DNA of 64,000 nucleotides from Deltaproteobacteria bacterium (GTDB lineage Bacteria; Desulfobacterota; Desulfobacteria; Desulfobacterales; C00003060). Below, piece by piece: positions 58,200 through 64,000 of this stretch (the first letter of the stretch is position 1; the number at the start of each line of letters is the position of its first letter). The stretch covers positions 1,337 to 65,336 of the forward strand of contig QMMN01000004.1 of NCBI GenBank assembly GCA_003647275.1, read 5' to 3'. The translations under genes were made by a program, and so were the position numbers. The notes under the pieces are model-generated. The model did not search any database and was not told the DNA's origin. It saw nothing but the letters and a program-made list of their open reading frames with translations.

Positions 58200-59278
58200 T
58201 GACAAATGACAAGACGGACATACTCGAGCTTCTGAAAACAACCGTCGAAAAAGGGGCCTCTGATCTGCACCTCACGGCAGGCAGCCCACCCATGGTTCGC
58301 ATCTTCGGGGACTTGACGCCCGTTGGCAGAAAGAAGCTTTCCCCTGAAGACACCAGGGAAATGGCTATGAGTATCCTGTCTGCTAAACAAAAAGAGGTAT
58401 TTGAGCAAAACCGTTCCATTGACCTGGCGTACAGCCTCGACGGAGCATGCCGCCAGGCAGGCCGTTTTCGCGTGAATGCCTTTTATCAAAGGGGCCGGGT
58501 AAGCGTGGCTTTTCGGAGACTTTCGGATGAATTTCTCACTCTTGAAGAGCTTTGTCTTCCCTCGACCCTCTATAATCTCGCGCAACTGCGGGACGGGCTC
58601 GTGCTCGTCACGGGGCCGACAGGCTCCGGAAAGACCACTACTTTGGCCTCGCTCCTGGATATGATAAATCAGACCAGGCCATGCCATATCATTACTATCG
58701 AAGATCCTATCGAATACGTCCATGAGCACAAGAAAGCGATTGTCAATCAGAGAGAGCTTTACAGCGATGTTGCCTCCTTCGGGGAGGCCCTCCGGTATGC
58801 CGTCAGAGAAGATCCGGATGTTATCCTGGTTGGTGAAATGAGAGACCTTGATACCATGCGGACTGCGATCATGGCGGCAGAGACAGGCCATCTGGTTTTT
58901 TCTACCCTGCATTCCCGGGATGCGGTATCCACTATAAATCGCGCCATAGGTGTTTTCCCTATTGACGAACAGCAACTTATAAGACAGCAGCTTTCCATGA
59001 CATTAAAGGCCGTGGTCTCGCAAAGGTTGCTTCGACGTTCAGACACGCCGGGCCTGGTGCCTGCCGTGGAGGTAATGATAGTGACATCGGCAATAAGCAA
59101 CTTGATTCGCACAGGCAAAGATGAACAGATCTATTCTGCCATTGAGACCGGCGGGGTGCTCGGCATGCAGACCATGGAGGAATCCCTTTGTACTCTTTGT
59201 CGAGCAGGAAAAATTGCCAGAGAGGCAGCTTTGAAAACGGCAAAAAGCGTGAGGCTTGTAGAGCACCGGTTAAGGTGA
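58200..59278 (+). CDS. pilT: Retraction ATPase PilT (start approximate; the upstream in-frame extension is heptamer repeats)
   Basis: ASDLHL, GPTGSGKTTT, TIEDPIE, PDVILVGEMRD, TGHLVFSTLH, AISNLIR, GMQTME. Confidence 0.92.
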
Positions 59279-59284
59279 CCTTTT

Positions 59285-59382
59285 TCACCCTCACCTAACC
59301 TCCCCCGTCAAGTGGGAGGAACCGAGAGATGGTCTGCCTCTCTTTCCCCTCCCCTGGCGGGAGGGGTTAGGGGAGGGGGTAG
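59285..59382. repeat. Pair of REP-like palindromes (CCCTCACCTAACCTCCC ... GGGAGGGGTTAGGGAGGGG)
   Basis: Inverted C-rich and G-rich arms, each with an inner hairpin. Confidence 0.7.
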
Positions 59383-59426
59383 CCAAAAGCAGGTGGTGCA
59401 CCCAAAGTCAGGTACTCAATTGAGGG

Positions 59427-61160
59427 GTGGTGAGAGAGAGGACGATGGCCGAAAGACAGGATAAGGTGATCATAGGCAGGGCACTGATAGAGAAGAATAA
59501 GAAGCTCCTTGGGCAGGCCCTGGTAGAAAAGCGGGTTATTAATGAACACCAGCTCAACGAAGCCCTTAAGGTGCAGGCCAGGACACGGGAACTTTTGGGC
59601 GCAATTCTTATAAAGATGGGCCACTTGACCGAGGAAGACGTTGCCCGTGCCATAGCCGATTCCTTTGACTTGGATTACATTGACCTCGAGGAGGCAGAGG
59701 TGGAATCGAATGCCCTCGAAAGCATCCCCTCCGCCCTCGCCCGGCGCCATGGCGTCCTGCCACTGTGGATAGAAAACAACACCCTGCATATCGCCTGCGA
59801 CAAGCCACCGCCGGTCCAGGTACTTGGAAACCTGCGGCGGCTGACAGGCAAACAGATTGTCATCCATATTGCCACTACCTCGCCCCTCTGGGCTTTACTC
59901 AAGGATGCATATGAGGGGGCAGACATTTCATCAAGTACAGCGGCCTCCAGTTCAACAAACCCCCTCCTTGCGGAAGTGGCGGAAGAGGAAGCTGATATAG
60001 AGCAATCTGTTATCCAGCTCCTTGACGAGTTTGTTGCCAAGGCCCTTAGAGACAGGGCGTCTGATATCCATTTTGAATCTGCTAAGGAAAGGCTGCGGGT
60101 CAGGTTCCGGGTGGACGGCATACTGCGGGAGGTAGAAACCTATCCCCCTGAGATCAGCCCGCCTCTGGTTTCCAGGATAAAGGTCCTGTCAAATTTGAAT
60201 ATAGCCGAAAAAAGGGCTCCCCAGGATGGAGGCTTCACCTTTGAAAATCCTTTCCAAACCGTGGATATCAGGGTTTCTATACTTCCGAATATTTATGGCG
60301 AAAAAGCTGTCCTGAGACTTCTGACCGCAGAGAAGGAGAAGATCGATTTCGAGCACCTCGGCATGGAAACGGACACAAGCCAGCTTTTTATGTCCCTTCT
60401 AAAGAGGCCCCATGGGCTGATTCTGATAGCAGGTCCCACAGGTTCCGGGAAATCGACCACTCTTTACGCCTCTTTGTTGAGCATCAGGTCGCCGGAGGTC
60501 AATATCACAACGGTTGAGGATCCGGTTGAGTACAAGATTGGAGACATCACCCAGGTCCAGGTGGATCAGGCCAGAAAGATCACCTTTGATAATGCCCTGC
60601 GCTCCATACTGCGGCAGGATCCGGACATCATCATGGTAGGTGAGATCAGGGATCGAGAGACAGCAGAGATATCCCTTCAGGCTGCCCTTACAGGGCACCT
60701 TGTGCTGGCCACAATACATACCAATGACGCACCCAGCGCCCTTGTCCGGCTCGTGGAGATGGGTTGTGAGCCTTTTCTGGTAAGCTCTGCCGTGAGCGGA
60801 GTTATGTCCCAGAGATTGGTGCGCATAAACTGTGAATCGTGCAAAGAAGCGTTTGAACCGACTCCCATTGAACTGAAGAGGTTCGGATACTCAAAATTGC
60901 CGGAAGGCGGACAATGGGCTCGAAGCTCGGGATGCCGGCGGTGCGACAACACAGGTTACAGGGGACGAATCGGTATCTTTGAGTGTTTCAAGATGGATAA
61001 GACTATCCGGCAGGAAGTAATAAAAGAATCATCTGCCGAAAAGATCAGGGAGATCGTCCTACAAAACGGGATGAGGCCCTTGCTGGAAGATGGCCTCTTG
61101 AAGGTAAACAGCGGGCAGACAACCCCCGAGGAGATACTTCGGGTGACTGTGCTGGAGTAG
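59427..61160 (+). CDS. pilB: Extension ATPase PilB/GspE with MshEN-like N-terminus
   Basis: ASDIHFE, RFRVDG, PQDG, GPTGSGKST, VGEIRD, CESC...CRRC zinc motif. Confidence 0.93.
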   Translation: MVRERTMAERQDKVIIGRALIEKNKKLLGQALVEKRVINEHQLNEALKVQARTRELLGAILIKMGHLTEEDVARAIADSFDLDYIDLEEAEVESNALESIPSALARRHGVLPLWIENNTLHIACDKPPPVQVLGNLRRLTGKQIVIHIATTSPLWALLKDAYEGADISSSTAASSSTNPLLAEVAEEEADIEQSVIQLLDEFVAKALRDRASDIHFESAKERLRVRFRVDGILREVETYPPEISPPLVSRIKVLSNLNIAEKRAPQDGGFTFENPFQTVDIRVSILPNIYGEKAVLRLLTAEKEKIDFEHLGMETDTSQLFMSLLKRPHGLILIAGPTGSGKSTTLYASLLSIRSPEVNITTVEDPVEYKIGDITQVQVDQARKITFDNALRSILRQDPDIIMVGEIRDRETAEISLQAALTGHLVLATIHTNDAPSALVRLVEMGCEPFLVSSAVSGVMSQRLVRINCESCKEAFEPTPIELKRFGYSKLPEGGQWARSSGCRRCDNTGYRGRIGIFECFKMDKTIRQEVIKESSAEKIREIVLQNGMRPLLEDGLLKVNSGQTTPEEILRVTVLE

Positions 61161-61258
61161 TTGTCACTGGTCATTGGTCATTGGTCATTCGTAACTTGGT
61201 TTAATGATTGAACATTCAACTAGTCAACTACTCGACTAGTCAACCATTTGACCATTCA
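61161..61258. repeat. Heptamer arrays (GTCATTG; TCAACTA/TCAACCA)
   Basis: Direct reading of the sequence. Confidence 0.8.
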
Positions 61259-61327
61259 ACATTTTTGGTGATGATATTTGACCGAGCAGATAAGGCCTTC
61301 CTAATCGCCAGTACGGGGTATTAAACT

Positions 61328-62563
61328 GTGCCATTATTTCAGTATACAACGATTGACAGAAGCGGAAGCGAAGTTGAAGAAACTACTGAATTCCCCAGTC
61401 TGGCTGCAGCGGCTGCATCCCTGAGGGCCCAGGGGAAACTGGTAACCTCGGTGGAGGAGGTTGCAGCCAGGCCCAGACCTGGCGCGCCTGCTTTTGAGTT
61501 CTCTCCCCTTGATTATCTGAGTTTTATACGCAGCAACGATATTGTTTTATTCTTCCGCCAGCTTGCCACCCTCATCATAGCCGGTGTTACCCTGTCCAAT
61601 GGGCTGCTTGTTCTCGAAAGGCAGGCCAAAAAGAGGAAGATGCGCAAGGTAATAGGGAGGCTTCGGCGTGACATTGAAGGAGGGTCATCCTTCAGGGATG
61701 CCTTAAAGAGGCACCCCCGCATTTTCAGCACACTTGTAGTTGGCATGGTTCAGGCAGGAGAAGCAAGCGGAATGCTCGATGTTATCCTGGACAGGATTGC
61801 CACCTACCTTGAAGATCGGGCAACCTTTCGCACCCAGGTCATTACCAGCTTTATCTATCCAACGGTTGTAGTTGTGATGAGTATTGGCGTGATAGGTTTT
61901 TTGGTAGGATTTGTGATCCCTAAGTTTGTGCCGATCATCAAATCGATGGGGGCAGAGCTTCCCTGGAATACACAGTTTCTTATCGATTTTGCGGATTGGT
62001 CTAAAATGTACGGAAAGGAAGTGCTGGGTGGTGTGGCAGGCTTTGTTGCAATATCAGTCATTTCTTATAAATACGTCGCCCCTCTCAGGTACTGGACAGA
62101 TCGCATTAAGATAAGGCTTCCGGTTGTGGGGCCGATTTTTCTCCATGGGATGGTTGTGCAATTTTCTGCGAACCTTTCCACGCTCACCAAAAGCGGGGTG
62201 AGCCTGACGGAGTGCCTGAGGATCGTGCGCGATGCTGTAGGCAATGAAGCGGCAAAAGAGGTGATAACGACCATGGAAAGGCGGATCACGAGAGGCGAGA
62301 ACCTCTCTTCACCCCTTAGAAGCGCAAGCCACATATTCCCTCCAATGGTTGCTGATATGGTTGCTGTTGGCGAGGAGACCGGCAATATGGACACCACGTT
62401 GGAGCTTGCCGGAGGGATCCATGAAAAGATGCTTCAGACCCATGTCAAGAGAATGAATGCAATGATAGAGCCTGCCCTTATCATTGTGCTGGGCAGTATA
62501 GTGGGGTTTGTGGCATGGGCCCTTATTGCGGGGGTGCTCACAATGTACAGTAGAGCAGGTTGA
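61328..62563 (+). CDS. pilC: Inner-membrane platform protein PilC/GspF
   Basis: FFRQLATLI.AG, AGEASG.L, YPTVV, GEETG.MD..L, IEPALI. Confidence 0.93.
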   Translation: MPLFQYTTIDRSGSEVEETTEFPSLAAAAASLRAQGKLVTSVEEVAARPRPGAPAFEFSPLDYLSFIRSNDIVLFFRQLATLIIAGVTLSNGLLVLERQAKKRKMRKVIGRLRRDIEGGSSFRDALKRHPRIFSTLVVGMVQAGEASGMLDVILDRIATYLEDRATFRTQVITSFIYPTVVVVMSIGVIGFLVGFVIPKFVPIIKSMGAELPWNTQFLIDFADWSKMYGKEVLGGVAGFVAISVISYKYVAPLRYWTDRIKIRLPVVGPIFLHGMVVQFSANLSTLTKSGVSLTECLRIVRDAVGNEAAKEVITTMERRITRGENLSSPLRSASHIFPPMVADMVAVGEETGNMDTTLELAGGIHEKMLQTHVKRMNAMIEPALIIVLGSIVGFVAWALIAGVLTMYSRAG

Positions 62564-62600
62564 TCTGCATTTTTCAAACATGCTCTAAGGAGGATAAACC

Positions 62601-63125
62601 ATGAACAGATGGACGGTCGCTGTTGTTTTTCTTTGCTTGCTTTTGGGATTGCAAGGTAGTGTCAGTGCCCACAGCACCAAGGGGAGGGTACGGGCGGTGT
62701 TGAAAAAGAGCACCGTAACCGTGGACGATCTGGCCTACTATATTGAAGCGTACGTGTTTCAAAAAAAGTACAAAGACAAATATGAAAAGAGTGCTAACAG
62801 GTTTGGCGTGGCAGAGTTTTTAAACGTGGAACAACAAGACGGGAAGGCTCGGGTTTCTTTTAAGGTTCTGGACTGGATCACCAAAGAAAAATTTGAGGAC
62901 TATATGCTTTTTAAGAGAAACTCGGATCATACCTGGTCTCATATTGATGATAAAGGCAATGTTATTCGCTCGGGAATAAGGACATGGGTGAAGAAAAAGA
63001 GTATGCTTGAAAAGCTGTGGGTCCCGGTGGGGTCCGGCGTCGTTCTCGCTGCCTTAATATTGGTGACCTATCAGCGCCTTAAGAAGCGCTCCCGGACCAA
63101 AGAGGCAGCGCAGGAAAGTGCCTAA
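62601..63125 (+). CDS. Hypothetical exported protein with a C-terminal TM anchor and basic tail
   Basis: Signal peptide ...GSVSA|; C-terminal WVPVGSGVVLAALILVTYQRLKKR; RBS AGGAGG. Confidence 0.7.
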   Translation: MNRWTVAVVFLCLLLGLQGSVSAHSTKGRVRAVLKKSTVTVDDLAYYIEAYVFQKKYKDKYEKSANRFGVAEFLNVEQQDGKARVSFKVLDWITKEKFEDYMLFKRNSDHTWSHIDDKGNVIRSGIRTWVKKKSMLEKLWVPVGSGVVLAALILVTYQRLKKRSRTKEAAQESA

Positions 63126-63200
63126 TTCGACAGGATTTACAGGATTAACAGGAATGGCTGAGGTCAGGAAGAATTCGGGAATGCTCCCGATGTCTTTGAT

Positions 63201-63581
63201 ATGCACACTTTGATCATCAAACTTTTGGCGGCGGGCATCACTCTGGGAATTATTGCAGGCAATTCCGACGAAATCATAAAGTTCTTCAACGATACTGAAA
63301 CAGTCGCACAACAGATTGCTACTGCCGGGGATATGCGAAGTATAAGTACTATGCTGGATTATGAATTCATACGCCGGGGCCGCTATCCCAGGACTGAACA
63401 TTTTGAAAGATGGATGGGGGAAAAATTCAAGGAGAATGACCTTAAACCCTTGACCCAGGACCATTGGGGATATGAGCTTGTTTACAGGGCTACCAAAGAT
63501 CAGAAAAAATACACACTCATAAGCCTTGGGCCTGATGGCATAGAGGGAACAGAAGATGATATCAGGATCACAGGACCATGA
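63201..63581 (+). CDS. GspG C-terminal-domain protein lacking a prepilin cleavage site
   Basis: DHWGYELVY...SLGPDGIEGTEDDI; hydrophobic N-terminus without G|F...E. Confidence 0.7.
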   Translation: MHTLIIKLLAAGITLGIIAGNSDEIIKFFNDTETVAQQIATAGDMRSISTMLDYEFIRRGRYPRTEHFERWMGEKFKENDLKPLTQDHWGYELVYRATKDQKKYTLISLGPDGIEGTEDDIRITGP

Positions 63582-63601
63582 GTTGAAAGGGAGTAAAGCA
63601 A

Positions 63602-64000
63602 ATGGAAAAAGAAAAAATAGTGCGCAGGAAGTACATCCTAGACAAGCCTTTCCAGTTCGGGTATGTGATTGTCATGATTCTGTTGCAGCTTTGTGTGGCC
63701 GTCGTGGTAGGGTTTGGGATGTCTTATCTTTATCTTTTTGTTTTCAATGACGGGAAAATCGCCTACCAGCATAACGTGACTGTTTTGCTGCAATGGGCCA
63801 TCCTGGTCGGATTTTCATCCCTTGTCTTGATCATATGGGGCCTTGTCTACTCACACAGGATCATCGCGCCTATCCACAGAATGCGTATCCTGCTGCGGTC
63901 CGCCGCCTCCGGAGACATTCCATCTGGCAAGATTGCATTTAGGAAGAACGATTGCTTCAAAGGGCTTGAAGATGACCTTACAAGTTGCTTGGAGACGATG
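63602..64000 (+). CDS. Two-TM HAMP-domain protein, partial (absent from the ORF track)
   Basis: MEKEKIVRRKYILDKPFQFGY...YSHRIIAPIHRM...FRKND; open to the window end. Confidence 0.7.
   Translation, partial: MEKEKIVRRKYILDKPFQFGYVIVMILLQLCVAVVVGFGMSYLYLFVFNDGKIAYQHNVTVLLQWAILVGFSSLVLIIWGLVYSHRIIAPIHRMRILLRSAASGDIPSGKIAFRKNDCFKGLEDDLTSCLETM

Noticed and set aside
58124-58200. N-terminal extensions of pilT, sucD (8829), usp (18449) and acuB (24734)
   Set aside because: They are translations of heptamer repeats; better starts lie downstream.
1-64000. tRNA, rRNA, selenoprotein or pyrrolysine recoding
   Set aside because: No T-loop/cloverleaf or rRNA signatures were noticed, and no motif-bearing gene is interrupted by an in-frame TGA or TAG.

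Overview
A 64-kb chromosomal segment, most likely from an anaerobic Desulfobacterota-type bacterium (inferred from POR, the Wood-Ljungdahl accessory genes acsV/cooC, the Feo cluster and typical intergenic repeats). 1-33 kb is mostly housekeeping: ClC channel (partial), HTH-EIIA(Ntr), htpX, trkH/trkA, an ArsB/NhaD/SLC13 permease, sucCD, porCDAB, RACo/AcsV, cooC, recN, USP, a liv-type ABC operon with acuB, PBP1A, and hisI-hisG-aminotransferase-engB-rtcA. 33-41 kb is a PilZ gene and an iron cluster (Fur-FeoA fusion, feoA, feoB, broken DUF2325 gene, NifX-like, triple-FeoA) with two copies of a 19-bp operator. 41-47 kb is an accessory patch: hybrid histidine kinase, STAS-like protein, excisionase-like HTH, small hypotheticals, stand-alone Ser/Thr kinase, AbiEii-type TA pair. 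47-64 kb is a co-oriented type IV filament cluster that mixes T4aP parts (PilT, PilB with MshEN-like N-terminus, PilO, PilP-like) with T2SS parts (four GspG-type domains, GspL-like PilM-N fusion, GspD-like secretin). It is headed by two paralogous ~320-aa acidic pilins, a catalytically dead protease-TPR protein and a ~400-nt structured leader. Short tandem/inverted repeat elements and MITEs occur throughout, and two palindromic elements appear to sit in frame inside EngB and PilT. No rRNA, tRNA, CRISPR array, integrase or transposase was found. All family assignments come from motif recognition by eye, with no database search.
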